A stretch of DNA of 64,000 nucleotides from an uncultured Christensenella sp. (lineage in GTDB: Bacteria; Bacillota; Clostridia; Christensenellales; UBA1242): assembly GCA_949293905.1 (NCBI GenBank), contig CASFFG010000001.1, forward strand, positions 64,461 through 128,460, read 5' to 3'. The position numbers and the translations under genes were made by a program. Every line of letters starts with the position of its first letter. The stretch's first letter is position 1. A model generated the notes under the pieces. The model did not search any database and had not been told where the DNA came from. It saw only the letters and a list, made by a program, of their open reading frames with translations. This document shows, one piece after another, positions 18,424-28,729 of this stretch.

Positions 18424-19071
18424 ATGAGAAAATTTAGCAAAAGGAAAGTTAGAATAATTATATTTCTTCTTTTTGCTATTATTTTTTTGTTAGTATATTA
18501 TTTTAGTGTTACCAGTCCCATAATAAAGACATACACTTCGGCTGAAACGCGCGAGTTGACCGAAAAGGCAGTAAATATAGCAGTGAGCAGTGTTGTAAAT
18601 AGAACGCTAAGTTACGATTCACTAATTGATGTTAACTATACAACTACCGGAGAAATAGCATCATTTTCAGCGAATCAATATGAGATAAATAGTATAACGC
18701 GTGAAATAATCAAGGAAACACAATATCAAATGAACACGCTTGGGGAAGATGGATTACGCATAAATATAGGAACATTTACGGGGATACCTTTCTTTATTGG
18801 GCGCGGGCCAAAAATTACGCTAAAACTCGTACCTGTGGGTGATGTAAGTAGTCAGTTTTCTAGTGAATTTAGTTCGGTGGGAATTAATATGACTAAACAT
18901 ACTCTCTATCTTTACATAAATGTTCATGTAACCATTATTTTACCAATTCATGCGTATGAAATATATTCTACGGCTCAAGTATTGCTCGCTGAGAGCATAA
19001 TTGTAGGTAGAGTACCCGAAGTATATTTAAATGGTGGTAGTTTAGGTCAGGCGCTCGATTTAGTGCCATAA
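18424..19071 (+). CDS. yunB: Sporulation protein YunB
   Basis: N-terminal TM segment. C-terminal end VPEVYLNGGS resembles the B. subtilis YunB end by recollection. Confidence 0.7.
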   Translation: MRKFSKRKVRIIIFLLFAIIFLLVYYFSVTSPIIKTYTSAETRELTEKAVNIAVSSVVNRTLSYDSLIDVNYTTTGEIASFSANQYEINSITREIIKETQYQMNTLGEDGLRINIGTFTGIPFFIGRGPKITLKLVPVGDVSSQFSSEFSSVGINMTKHTLYLYINVHVTIILPIHAYEIYSTAQVLLAESIIVGRVPEVYLNGGSLGQALDLVP

Positions 19072-19152
19072 AATGTAAGGAGATAATAGGAGATATAACA
19101 ATTAAAAATAATATAATAATTCAAAATATCTAACATAAGGTTTAAAAAACAA

Positions 19153-19181
19153 TTGAATAAAAGTGTTTGTTGTGATATAAT
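19153..19181 (+). promoter_or_regulatory. Promoter TTGAAT-17-TATAAT ending 6 nt before the ATG at 19188 (leaderless configuration)
   Basis: Counted directly. No SD. Confidence 0.55.
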
Positions 19182-19187
19182 AACTAC

Positions 19188-20288
19188 ATGTTATATTTCG
19201 ATAATGCTTCAACCACTAAAATATCGAAGTCCGCGTTAGATACATACACTAAATCTAGCGAACTTTTTTACAATCCTAGTGCATTATATTTGCCAGCCGT
19301 TAAGGTTAGTAAAGAGTTAGAAAATGCACGGAATTTCTTTTTAAAATACTTCAATGCAGATAAAGGTTCGACTTTTATTTTTACAGGTTGTGCAACCGAA
19401 TCTAATAATTCAGTATTAAAAAGTGCTATTACTCGTAAGGATAAGAAATACATTTTTAGCGCAGGCGAGCATAGTTCAGTGCATAATACGGCTAAGTATT
19501 ACCAAGAGTTAGGATATAATGTAGTATTTATCCCGCTCAAATCTAATGGAAGTATTGATATTTCTAAATTAGAATGCGAGTTAGACGATAGCGTTGCACT
19601 TGTGTCATGTATACATGTTAGTAACGAAACTGGTGCAATTAATGATATTAAAGAGATAGTACGAATGGTTAAGAGTAGGTGTAGAAATGCGTTAGTGCAT
19701 GCAGATGGCGTTCAAGCAGTTGGAAAAATTAAGATTGACTTGACAGATTTAGGGGTTGATTATTATACAATTTCTGCACATAAAATACATGGGCCAAAAG
19801 GCATAGGTGCGCTATACATAAAGAATATTAACAAATTTAAGCCATTCATTATTGGCGGGGAGCAAGAAAAAGGTTTGCGCGCTGGTACTGAAAATATTCC
19901 CGCAATATTAAGTTTTAAAACAGCGCTTGAAGAACTTAAAATTAAGGACTATACAAAACTTAAAGAAACAATAATATCAAATTTAAACTGCGATTATAAA
20001 TTAGTTTCGACTGATAATTGTGTTAGCAACATCATCTCTATTTGTTTCAAGGGTGTGCGTGCGGAAACTATTCAACACATGTTAGAAGGATACGACATTC
20101 TCATAGGAACAGGGTCGGCATGTAATAGCAAGGCTGGATTAAATAGAGTCGTTTCTCAATTAGTACCGCGTGAATATGCTCAAGGTGCCATTAGACTTAG
20201 TTTTGAAGATGTTACCATAGAAGAATGCAAACAGGTGGCGGAAGAATTGTCGTCTGCTGTTAATCAATATATTAAAAGGATAAAATAA
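19188..20288 (+). CDS. Class V aminotransferase-fold cysteine desulfurase (NifS/IscS/NifZ-like)
   Basis: PLP-lysine motif SAHKIHGPKGIGALY. Coupled to thiI. Confidence 0.85.
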   Translation: MLYFDNASTTKISKSALDTYTKSSELFYNPSALYLPAVKVSKELENARNFFLKYFNADKGSTFIFTGCATESNNSVLKSAITRKDKKYIFSAGEHSSVHNTAKYYQELGYNVVFIPLKSNGSIDISKLECELDDSVALVSCIHVSNETGAINDIKEIVRMVKSRCRNALVHADGVQAVGKIKIDLTDLGVDYYTISAHKIHGPKGIGALYIKNINKFKPFIIGGEQEKGLRAGTENIPAILSFKTALEELKIKDYTKLKETIISNLNCDYKLVSTDNCVSNIISICFKGVRAETIQHMLEGYDILIGTGSACNSKAGLNRVVSQLVPREYAQGAIRLSFEDVTIEECKQVAEELSSAVNQYIKRIK

Positions 20289-21430
20289 TGAATAATGTAA
20301 TATTAATACGCTTTAATGAGATACATTTAAAAGGTGGAAACAAGAAATACTTTACAAAATTATTAGTAAATAATATAAAATATGCTCTACACGATTTTGA
20401 ATGTAAAATAGAGAATATTCAAAACAGGATTGTTATTCGCGATTATACAGATGAAAGCGGAATTATTGAAGCGTTAAAATGTGTTTTTGGTATACATTCC
20501 ATATCTCCTGCTATAGAGTTAGATAATGACCCTAAGTTGATTAGTGATTTTGTGGCTACAATTAAGGTGGAAGGTGGTTTTAAGTGTGATGTCAATCGTG
20601 CGGATAAAACATTTCCTATTAAGTCAAATGATTTTAATGCAGACTTAGGTGAAATCGTATTAAGTAATAACAAAAATGCATATGTAGATATTCATAATCC
20701 TGATACTGTCATACATGTGGACATTCGTGAAAACGGAAAGACCTTTATTTTCCACGAAATTATTTATGCATATTCAGGTTTACCGCTAGGGGAGAATAGA
20801 GACGGGTTATTGCTATTAAGCGGAGGGATAGATAGTCCTGTCGCAGGATTTTGTATGGCAAAACGCGGGTTAAGACAAGATATATTACATTTTGATAGTT
20901 TCCCATATACTAGTCCACAAGCAAAAGAAAAAGTTATAACTCTTGCAAAAAGTATAAAAAAATTTATTGGTGCAAAATATATGTATATTTGCTCTATGAC
21001 TAAATTACAAGAAGAGTTTCATGTGTCGTGTGCTAGCGAATACGCAATTAATTTATTAAGAAGGTCAATGATAAGAGTAGCAAACAAACTTTGTGAAAAA
21101 TATAAATATAAAACCATAATTACAGGCGAAAGCCTTGGTCAAGTTGCAAGCCAGACAATAGAGAGTTTAACCACGACGAACGCTGTGGCTGAATATCCGG
21201 TCCTTCGTCCATTAATTAGTTTTAATAAAGATGAAATTATCGAAATTGCTAAGGAAATAGGCACATACGAAACAAGTATATTACCATATGAAGATTGTTG
21301 TACCGTATTTTTACCTAGAAACCCTGTAATTAAGCCTAAGATAAAAGAGGCTGAATTTGAAGAGAGTAAAATCAACTTGGATTATTTAATATCGGCAGTA
21401 ATAGATAATATTGAAATTATTAAGTTATAA
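20288..21430 (+). CDS. thiI: tRNA 4-thiouridine synthase ThiI
   Basis: PP-loop SGGIDSPVA. THUMP-like N-terminal part. Confidence 0.85.
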   Translation: MNNVILIRFNEIHLKGGNKKYFTKLLVNNIKYALHDFECKIENIQNRIVIRDYTDESGIIEALKCVFGIHSISPAIELDNDPKLISDFVATIKVEGGFKCDVNRADKTFPIKSNDFNADLGEIVLSNNKNAYVDIHNPDTVIHVDIRENGKTFIFHEIIYAYSGLPLGENRDGLLLLSGGIDSPVAGFCMAKRGLRQDILHFDSFPYTSPQAKEKVITLAKSIKKFIGAKYMYICSMTKLQEEFHVSCASEYAINLLRRSMIRVANKLCEKYKYKTIITGESLGQVASQTIESLTTTNAVAEYPVLRPLISFNKDEIIEIAKEIGTYETSILPYEDCCTVFLPRNPVIKPKIKEAEFEESKINLDYLISAVIDNIEIIKL

Positions 21431-21582
21431 AACTATATATAGTGTATTATACATACTACATACACAATTATTTGATTAAATTATTAATTGTGTATCCTTT
21501 TTATATTAAAACTTGCTTGACAATTATACCTTATATATTATATAATTAAATTGTTGCAAAGGCGACGAAAAGGTGGGAAATT

Positions 21583-23190
21583 ATGCAAATATATAGTATG
21601 CTTATGGTAAGCACACCTGTCGCATGGATTTTATCAATAGTTATGTTAGCAATCGGTGTTGGAGTAGGTTCTGGCATATTTGCGATTGTTATGAATAAAA
21701 AATCTAAATCAGCAAATGTAAAAGCAGATAAAATTCTCGACGAGGCTTACAAACAAGCGGAACAAATTAAAAAAGACGCTGAACTCGCGAAAAAAGAGCA
21801 AGTTGAGCAAACTTATAGCGAGATTAGTCTATTAAAATCTACTTTTGAACAGGAAAATAAAGAGCGTAGAGAAGAGTCCAAACGCAATGAAGAAAGATTA
21901 TTTGCGCGTGAAGAACTTCTTACTAAGCGAGAAACTGCACTAGATAAAAAAGTAGAAGAATTAGAACAAGCAAAAGAGCGCGTGCAAAATCAAATTTCAG
22001 CGCTTAATTCAAAAGAAGAAGCATTAGATGATTTACAAGCAAGCATAGTAAAAGAACTTGAAAAAGTTAGTGCTATGACTAAAGAAGAAGCCAAACAGGT
22101 TATAATCGATAGATATACAGAAGAAGCAAAAATTGACGCAATTAAAATTGCGAAGGAAATTGAAGATAAAGCCAAGGAAGAAGCGGATAAAAAGGCTAGA
22201 AACATTATAACTCTTGCTATTCAAAAATGCGCAGTTGATAATACTAGCGAAGTTACAACAAGTGTTGTTGCTCTCCCTAGTGAAGAAATGAAAGGCCGTA
22301 TCATTGGTAGAGAAGGACGAAATATTCGTGCGTTAGAAGCAGCAACGGGTATTGATTTCATAGTAGATGATACACCTGAAGCAATTACTTTATCAGGTTT
22401 TGACCCAGTTAGAAGAGAAGTGGCTCGTATATCGCTAGAAAAATTAATTTTAGATGGTCGAATTCACCCCGCGCGTATTGAAGAGATAGTTCAAAAGGTA
22501 CAACGAGATGTTGAAGAAACTATTAAAGAAGCTGGTGAAAATGCCTGCTTCGACGCGGATATTCACAACATTCACCCTGAAATTGTAAAAGTTTTAGGTA
22601 GATTAAAATATCGTACAAGCTATGGTCAAAATGTACTAAATCACTCACTTGAAGTATCATACATCGCAGGCATGCTCGCTGCAGAAGTGGGAGCGAATGA
22701 AAAGGTCGCTAGACGCGGTGGACTCTTACATGATTTGGGTAAGGCTGTAGACCATGAAGTAGATGGCACTCACGTTTCAATCGGTGTAGAACTTGCTAGA
22801 AAATATAAAGAGAGCGAAGCGGTAATTCATTGTATTGAAGCGCACCATAATGATGTTGAACCTAGGACGATTGAGGCTGTTTTAGTACAAGCGGCGGACG
22901 CAATTTCTAGTGCACGTCCAGGAGCAAGACGCGAATCAATAGAAAACTATATTAAGAGATTGCAGGAACTTGAATCTATAGCTAATGGATTTAATGGAGT
23001 AGAAAAGACTTACGCTATCCAAGCGGGTAGAGAAATTCGTGTTATGGTTAAGCCTGAGCAAATCAGTGATGAAGAAGCACAAATTTTAGCCCACGACATA
23101 GCAAAGGAAATCGAAGCAAAACTCGAATATCCAGGGCATATTAAAGTAAATGTAATTCGTGAATCTCGTTTCACTGATACTGCAAAATAA
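21583..23190 (+). CDS. rny: Ribonuclease Y
   Basis: N-terminal TM segment, coiled coil, KH domain ([15 protein letters not shown]) and HD domain (LLHDLGKA). Confidence 0.95.
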   Translation: MQIYSMLMVSTPVAWILSIVMLAIGVGVGSGIFAIVMNKKSKSANVKADKILDEAYKQAEQIKKDAELAKKEQVEQTYSEISLLKSTFEQENKERREESKRNEERLFAREELLTKRETALDKKVEELEQAKERVQNQISALNSKEEALDDLQASIVKELEKVSAMTKEEAKQVIIDRYTEEAKIDAIKIAKEIEDKAKEEADKKARNIITLAIQKCAVDNTSEVTTSVVALPSEEMKGRIIGREGRNIRALEAATGIDFIVDDTPEAITLSGFDPVRREVARISLEKLILDGRIHPARIEEIVQKVQRDVEETIKEAGENACFDADIHNIHPEIVKVLGRLKYRTSYGQNVLNHSLEVSYIAGMLAAEVGANEKVARRGGLLHDLGKAVDHEVDGTHVSIGVELARKYKESEAVIHCIEAHHNDVEPRTIEAVLVQAADAISSARPGARRESIENYIKRLQELESIANGFNGVEKTYAIQAGREIRVMVKPEQISDEEAQILAHDIAKEIEAKLEYPGHIKVNVIRESRFTDTAK

Positions 23191-23203
23191 TATAAAAAAA
23201 TAA

Positions 23204-23232
23204 AAAAGCGAGTCGTTTTGACTCACTTTTTC
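23204..23232 (+). terminator. Rho-independent terminator after rny
   Basis: Stem around GAGTC/GACTC followed by a T-run. Confidence 0.6.
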
Positions 23233-23287
23233 TTTAATCTTCTTGTTTCATATCTTCAAATAAAATTCAATAACATGTAATCTTTCC

Positions 23288-23316
23288 TTGACAATAAAAT
23301 TTAAGTATTGTATAAT
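23288..23316 (+). promoter_or_regulatory. Consensus sigma-A promoter TTGACA-17-TATAAT for tRNA-Trp
   Basis: Perfect hexamers. The -10 box ends 10 nt before the tRNA. Confidence 0.7.
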
Positions 23317-23326
23317 ATAAAGATAG

Positions 23327-23401
23327 AGGGGAGTGGCTCAACGGTAGAGTAGTGGTCTCCAAAACCATTGGTTGCGTGTTCGAATCGCGTCTCCCCTGCC
23401 A
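23327..23401 (+). tRNA. tRNA-Trp (CCA)
   Basis: AGGGGAG/CTCCCCT acceptor, anticodon loop CTCCAAA, CCA encoded. Confidence 0.9.
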
Positions 23402-23406
23402 AAAAT

Positions 23407-23850
23407 ATGAAAAAAGTTGTGATTTATACTGATGGAGCGTGCAGTGGAAATCCAGGCGCTGGCGGTTGGGGCGCCGTTCTTTTTTATAAGGATAATATGC
23501 GAGAAATTAGCGGATATTCCCCAAATACCACTAATAATCAAATGGAGTTAACTGCAGCAATCAAGGCACTCGATATGTTAAAAGTCCCATGCGAAGTTGA
23601 CCTATATAGCGATAGCGCATATTTAATCAATGCGTTTAAAGAAAATTGGGTAACTAGTTGGCAATTAAATGGTTTTAGGACTTCAAATAAAAAACCGGTG
23701 CAAAATGTTGAGTTATGGCAACAATTAATAGAATTTAACAATATGCATAAAATCAACTGGATAAAAGTAAAAGGTCATGCAGATAACAAATATAACAATC
23801 GCTGCGATGAACTCGCAACAGGTGAAATTGCTAAACACCAAAATGATTAA
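23407..23850 (+). CDS. rnhA: Ribonuclease HI
   Basis: MKKVVIYTDGACSGNPGAGGWG matches the RNase HI N-terminus. The 23368 extension overlaps the tRNA. Confidence 0.9.
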   Translation: MKKVVIYTDGACSGNPGAGGWGAVLFYKDNMREISGYSPNTTNNQMELTAAIKALDMLKVPCEVDLYSDSAYLINAFKENWVTSWQLNGFRTSNKKPVQNVELWQQLIEFNNMHKINWIKVKGHADNKYNNRCDELATGEIAKHQND

Positions 23851-23861
23851 ATACCTGTGAC

Positions 23862-23895
23862 AAAAAAGGAAGAATTAAATTTTCTTCCTTTTTTA
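23862..23895. terminator. Bidirectional terminator at the + to - gene-orientation switch
   Basis: Stem AAGGAAGAA/TTCTTCCTT flanked by A-run and T-run. Confidence 0.65.
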
Positions 23896-23910
23896 ATAAA
23901 GTTTATTTTT

Positions 23911-25677
23911 CTATAACTCTTTGCGTCTAAATATTAAACCGCTTAATAGGTTAAATACGAGTACGAATAGAACTATCATAACTATCGTTAAAGTTAAACC
24001 CGTACCAGCATAAATTTTTGAGCCGAGTAAGAGATAGAAGAAATTAGAATTATTAGCGTAAATACTACTTCCAAATAGGGCATATAGAGATATATGTGAG
24101 AACGGATAGTATGTAAGCCAACTATTAACTCCGGTTACAAATACAGGGAGTAATGTATTAATTAGATATAATACTAAAAGAATTGTTACACTTAATAAAT
24201 CCGATTTTAACAGGCATGATAGGAACATCGCAATAGATAAATATACCATAACTTCAAATATTAGGCTCAAGATGTAAATTAGAATCATACAAATTGGGTG
24301 CATAGTAATTGCTGTCGTTCCATTAAATATAGTTAAAATTTCCAAACTTTCGAAACTATATACAGCACCGCCGACTAGAATTGCGATTATTGAACTAAAT
24401 ATAATCATAATTATTGACATGATTAATATTGCTAGAAACTTTCCAAATAAAATGCTTAACCTGCTTACTGGGCGTATAGCATAATATCGCATAGAGCCTT
24501 CTTTTATTTCCCCGGCGATAGAATGGCAACCTGCCATGACTGCGTAAACTATAATTACAAATGAAAATAATTTTAGAATAAAATATGCGTAATCATAAGC
24601 GTTAGTCTCTGTATTTGAAGTCACACTGATAGTGAGAGGGTGAGCGTAATCAGTATCAATCTTATTATTGTCAAACAAATAAGAATATTTAATTAAATTT
24701 GAATTTGCATTATATTCGCTATCTTGATTTAAATATAGTAGATTCATTTGTTGAGTTGTGCTAGTTAGAGAGAATGCTCGCGTCATAAGTTCGTAATCTA
24801 CTAGTTGCGAATATACATAACATGTAGCGGTATATTTATTACACAATTCAGCCATTTCATTAATTTTATCTTGATTTAAATTTACACCATCGTTGTCATT
24901 TAACGCTTCATTGTATAAATTGTTAATTTCAACTAAAATTAAGCTTAACCTAGCCTGTAGAGTAGAGTATTTTGTTGTAGAAGAACTAGTAGAAGTGTAG
25001 TTTAATTTAAATCCCTCATTTAAGTTGGAATAAATAAATGAATTTAAACATTTTCTTAGAGTAGGGAGATATTGATTTTCAAATTCTTCGCAAATATTTG
25101 CGGGGTCGTTTGTAACTGTGCTTAGTAGTGTACTTGAAACGCTATAAACATTATTGAAATCATATGAATTTTGTTCAGTCGTAATGATTGGGTAACTGCC
25201 TCTGCTACCATAAGTATAACCATTTGTTACAGTATAATATAAAGTTCTATAAGACGAAAGTACACCATTTCTACGGCTTTCCATTTCAGCATCATTCACG
25301 GATAAATTAGGATTTCTAGAAGGAGAGTAGTCCGCATATAAATCTAGCCTATCTATAAATTCTCTATAAAGATAGTTTACATAGGTGTTGTACGTCATGC
25401 CATTTATTTCATAGTTATCAATTTTACTAATGGTGGTCGAAACTAGATTATCTGCTTCGTCTTTATATCCGTCGTTAGTAGATGTTTCAGTCCCAACAAA
25501 GCGTCTATAATTCTCTATTACGCTGTAATTTTGGTAAGTATTATCCGTTGTGCTATAAGATGTAGGATTATAAATAAAGACGCCTAAAACGAGAATAACG
25601 GCAAGCAAAACTGCTAGAATGTATATTCCAGGTTTGGCGACAATCTTTTTTAATTCAGCACTAATAACTTTAAACAT
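23911..25677 (-). CDS. ABC-2-type transporter permease with a large extracytoplasmic domain
   Basis: N-terminal TM segment, about 330-aa loop and a C-terminal multi-TM bundle. Follows an ABC ATPase. Confidence 0.7.
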   Translation of the reverse strand: MFKVISAELKKIVAKPGIYILAVLLAVILVLGVFIYNPTSYSTTDNTYQNYSVIENYRRFVGTETSTNDGYKDEADNLVSTTISKIDNYEINGMTYNTYVNYLYREFIDRLDLYADYSPSRNPNLSVNDAEMESRRNGVLSSYRTLYYTVTNGYTYGSRGSYPIITTEQNSYDFNNVYSVSSTLLSTVTNDPANICEEFENQYLPTLRKCLNSFIYSNLNEGFKLNYTSTSSSTTKYSTLQARLSLILVEINNLYNEALNDNDGVNLNQDKINEMAELCNKYTATCYVYSQLVDYELMTRAFSLTSTTQQMNLLYLNQDSEYNANSNLIKYSYLFDNNKIDTDYAHPLTISVTSNTETNAYDYAYFILKLFSFVIIVYAVMAGCHSIAGEIKEGSMRYYAIRPVSRLSILFGKFLAILIMSIIMIIFSSIIAILVGGAVYSFESLEILTIFNGTTAITMHPICMILIYILSLIFEVMVYLSIAMFLSCLLKSDLLSVTILLVLYLINTLLPVFVTGVNSWLTYYPFSHISLYALFGSSIYANNSNFFYLLLGSKIYAGTGLTLTIVMIVLFVLVFNLLSGLIFRRKEL

Positions 25678-25694
25678 ATTTCTCCTTATGTATT

Positions 25695-26627
25695 TTAAAC
25701 AATACTCGTAGATGGTCTTTCCTTGTGTAATAACTCAAAATAAAGTTCTTCTAATGTCTTTTTAATCTTTTTAATTTTATAAATCTTAACTCTCTTGTAT
25801 GTTAAAAATGAGATGACCGTTGCGATATTTGCTTCCTTTAAAGGAAGAATGACCGAATTTGCAACGACTTTGCTATTAATCTTATATTTTTTCTTTAATA
25901 GCATTGATGCGTAGTTTGGATAGTTGCAAACTAATTGTATGCGTTGCTTTGATTCAACAATTCCGCTAAGTTCTTCCATACTCTTGTGTTCAATCATTCG
26001 ACCGTTATTAATAACCCCAATCACATCGCATAGTTGCTCTAATTCTGCAAGATTATGGCTAGAAATAATTATCGCTATATTTTCTTTTTTTGCTAACGCT
26101 AAAAGAATGTTTCGAATTTCAACTATACCATTTGGGTCCAATCCATTAGTAGGTTCGTCTAAGATTAAAAGTTTTGGCTTATTTAGTAGTGCCTGAGCGA
26201 TTCCTAGACGCTGTTTCATTCCTAACGAATAGGTAGAAACTTTATCTTTAATACGATTTTCCATACCTACAAGTTTAACTATCTGGTCTATTCTACCTAA
26301 TGCCTTTTTACCATAAAAACTAGCAAATAATTTTAAATTCTTTAATCCAGATAAGTAGGGGTAGAGTTGTGGGATTTCGACCACTGCACCGGCATTGGAA
26401 ATTGCATGTGTAAAACTATTTTCTATACTAAATCCGCATATTCTAACTATTCCATGAGTTGCGGGGGTTAGTCCAGTAATCATTCTAATAGTTGTTGATT
26501 TTCCAGCGCCATTAGGTCCAACAAAACCAAATATCTGCCCAGGAAATACGGAGAAGGTCACATTATCAACAACCTTTTTATTCCCGTACACCTTAGTTAA
26601 ATTTTCAATTTTTAAAACAGGTAACAT
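25695..26627 (-). CDS. ABC transporter ATP-binding protein
   Basis: Walker A GPNGAGKST, signature YSLGMKQR, Walker B LLILDEP. Confidence 0.9.
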   Translation of the reverse strand: MLPVLKIENLTKVYGNKKVVDNVTFSVFPGQIFGFVGPNGAGKSTTIRMITGLTPATHGIVRICGFSIENSFTHAISNAGAVVEIPQLYPYLSGLKNLKLFASFYGKKALGRIDQIVKLVGMENRIKDKVSTYSLGMKQRLGIAQALLNKPKLLILDEPTNGLDPNGIVEIRNILLALAKKENIAIIISSHNLAELEQLCDVIGVINNGRMIEHKSMEELSGIVESKQRIQLVCNYPNYASMLLKKKYKINSKVVANSVILPLKEANIATVISFLTYKRVKIYKIKKIKKTLEELYFELLHKERPSTSIV

Positions 26628-26638
26628 TTAAACTCCCA

Positions 26639-27880
26639 TTAATTCTTAGTTTTGTTTAATTTATTCATAAAAATGTAAGTAAAGAGCAAATCCATAAAAA
26701 TCGTAGTCCCAGAAAGTAGTATTGAGTAGAAATTAGAATAATTTGACCAACTGGCGAAATTGTCAATACCGATAGATGTATTTAAAATGATAACGATAAT
26801 AAATAATACTACATAAAGCACTATTGATAATATTATACGCTTCTTTAAATTCAATTTTAATGGAGCGAATTCGTATTTTAATCTCAGTTTGTCCATATTA
26901 AATATTAATATAGCAGGGTAGAAGATGGAGAAACCTATTCCAAGGATTAAAACAACATAATAACTCGGGCTAGTGCCCGTAAATGATGTGATTATAGAAG
27001 ATATTATTAGAGTTAATATCATATATGCAGATGTAACTAGCGATTTTGAAACTAAATTTTTTATTGTTCGCTTAGAAGATACGTATTCAGGTACAGTTTT
27101 TAAGTCCTTATAGTCGACATATTCTATTTCATCATCTTTTTTGTTTACCTGATATTCAATCGGTTGAGTAGATGATTTATCGCTATACAATGACTTAAGT
27201 TTGGCTTTATATTCATTAGACAAGGTATGTTTTTCAGTAAACTTTGAGACCTCTTCACTACTAGCAAAATTCTCAACACTTTGTTCATTCTCATTTTTTA
27301 ACAAACTTGAATTATTTAAATTTATATCAGTTTCTGTGGCATTGTCAATGGAGTTCGACGAGAATATTTCGTTTGTAGGGAGAACACTAGGGAGAGGTGA
27401 ACTATCATTAGAGGCATTAGATTCGGCAAGAATGTCCATGATAGAAACATATTTGTCATCTTTCTTACTAGTTTCAAAATTTTCATCAAAATGATTCTCA
27501 GTTTTTGGAACAGACGAAGTAACAAATTTTTCTTCGCGTGACGCATAATCTTCATCTTTTATAGGTTCGTTTGTATCTTCGTTATCGCCCGACATTATAA
27601 GTTTTACTAATTCGTCAAAAGATGGAAGGGTAGAGACTTGTGCCTTTCCGTTTGCTGTGATTTTATAGTAATGACGTTTTCCACCAATGTCACTATCTTC
27701 CCAATACGAAGAAATAAACTTAGATTTCTCTAATTTTTTTAAAATAGTATATAAAGTTGGCTGTTTAATAATAATATGGCCGTTAGATGCAGTTTCTATT
27801 TCCTTAGTAATTTCTAAACCATATTTATCCCCATTATTTAATTGGAGTAGAATTAAAGGTATCAAATCCGCAGTTTTCAT
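26639..27880 (-). CDS. PadR-family regulator fused to a C-terminal membrane domain
   Basis: The N-terminal winged helix (GLEITKEI...QPTLYTILKKLEK...YYKITANG) is PadR-like. C-terminal TM helices. Confidence 0.75.
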   Translation of the reverse strand: MKTADLIPLILLQLNNGDKYGLEITKEIETASNGHIIIKQPTLYTILKKLEKSKFISSYWEDSDIGGKRHYYKITANGKAQVSTLPSFDELVKLIMSGDNEDTNEPIKDEDYASREEKFVTSSVPKTENHFDENFETSKKDDKYVSIMDILAESNASNDSSPLPSVLPTNEIFSSNSIDNATETDINLNNSSLLKNENEQSVENFASSEEVSKFTEKHTLSNEYKAKLKSLYSDKSSTQPIEYQVNKKDDEIEYVDYKDLKTVPEYVSSKRTIKNLVSKSLVTSAYMILTLIISSIITSFTGTSPSYYVVLILGIGFSIFYPAILIFNMDKLRLKYEFAPLKLNLKKRIILSIVLYVVLFIIVIILNTSIGIDNFASWSNYSNFYSILLSGTTIFMDLLFTYIFMNKLNKTKN

Positions 27881-27886
27881 AAAATT

Positions 27887-27915
27887 ATTATATAATAATT
27901 TTTCTTATTAGTCAA
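27887..27915 (-). promoter_or_regulatory. Promoter TTGACT-17-TATAAT ending 6 nt before the padR-like ATG (leaderless configuration)
   Basis: Read on the minus strand. No SD. Confidence 0.55.
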
Positions 27916-27984
27916 TAGTTATCTAAAATTAATGAAAATTTGTACAAAAAAGAATAAGGTGAAATCCTTACTCTTAAAGAAAAA

Positions 27985-28569
27985 CTAAAATTTATTGCGA
28001 ATTAATCCTACAACTTTTCCTAAAATAACACACTGGTCAGTAACTATAGGGCGCATAAACGAATTTTCAGGCTGTAATCTAAAATATCCATTTTCGCGAT
28101 AAAAGCGTTTAACAGTGGCTTCATTTTCTATAAGACAAGCAACAATTTCCCCATTGTTTGCAACAGATTGCTTTGAAATGACTACATAATCGCCGTCGTA
28201 AATTCCAACATTAATCATGCTATCACCTTTAACTTGTAAAATAAACATATTATTCCCAACAAAGAGATTTTCATTTACTAAAACTTTGTCTACATAGTGT
28301 TCTTCAGCAAGTATAGGTTGCCCGGCAGCGATAGTTCCTATTATTGGAATAGTAATACTTGGCGGAGTTTCTTCATTAAGTTCTATCGCTCTATTTTTAT
28401 TAAAATCTCGCGAAATTTTACCTTCTTTTTCCAATTTCCTTAGATGGTACATAGCACTAGATGTTGAATCAAAATTTAGACTCTTACAAATTTCACGCAC
28501 GGTAGGGGGATATTTATTTTCTCTCATGAACGATATAATAAAATCGTATGTCTTTTGGGTATTATTCAT
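27985..28569 (-). CDS. lexA: LexA repressor
   Basis: N-terminal winged HTH. Cleavage and catalytic motifs IAAGQP, VKGDSM and ATVKRF. Confidence 0.95.
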   Translation of the reverse strand: MNNTQKTYDFIISFMRENKYPPTVREICKSLNFDSTSSAMYHLRKLEKEGKISRDFNKNRAIELNEETPPSITIPIIGTIAAGQPILAEEHYVDKVLVNENLFVGNNMFILQVKGDSMINVGIYDGDYVVISKQSVANNGEIVACLIENEATVKRFYRENGYFRLQPENSFMRPIVTDQCVILGKVVGLIRNKF

Positions 28570-28623
28570 ATAATTCTCCTAACACAAATTTAACATAAAA
28601 TCAAACAAATGTCAAACATTTCT

Positions 28624-28637
28624 CAAACATTTGTTCG
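28624..28637. promoter_or_regulatory. LexA (Cheo) box upstream of lexA
   Basis: Minus-strand CGAACAAATGTTTG versus the Gram-positive consensus CGAACnnnnGTTCG. Confidence 0.6.
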
Positions 28638-28729
28638 ATAAATTAAAAATTTTATTTAGAAAATTTTAAAAAGAAAGATTTATAAGAGTATGTAGATATA
28701 GTGTATTATATTATTAAAATACACAGTAT

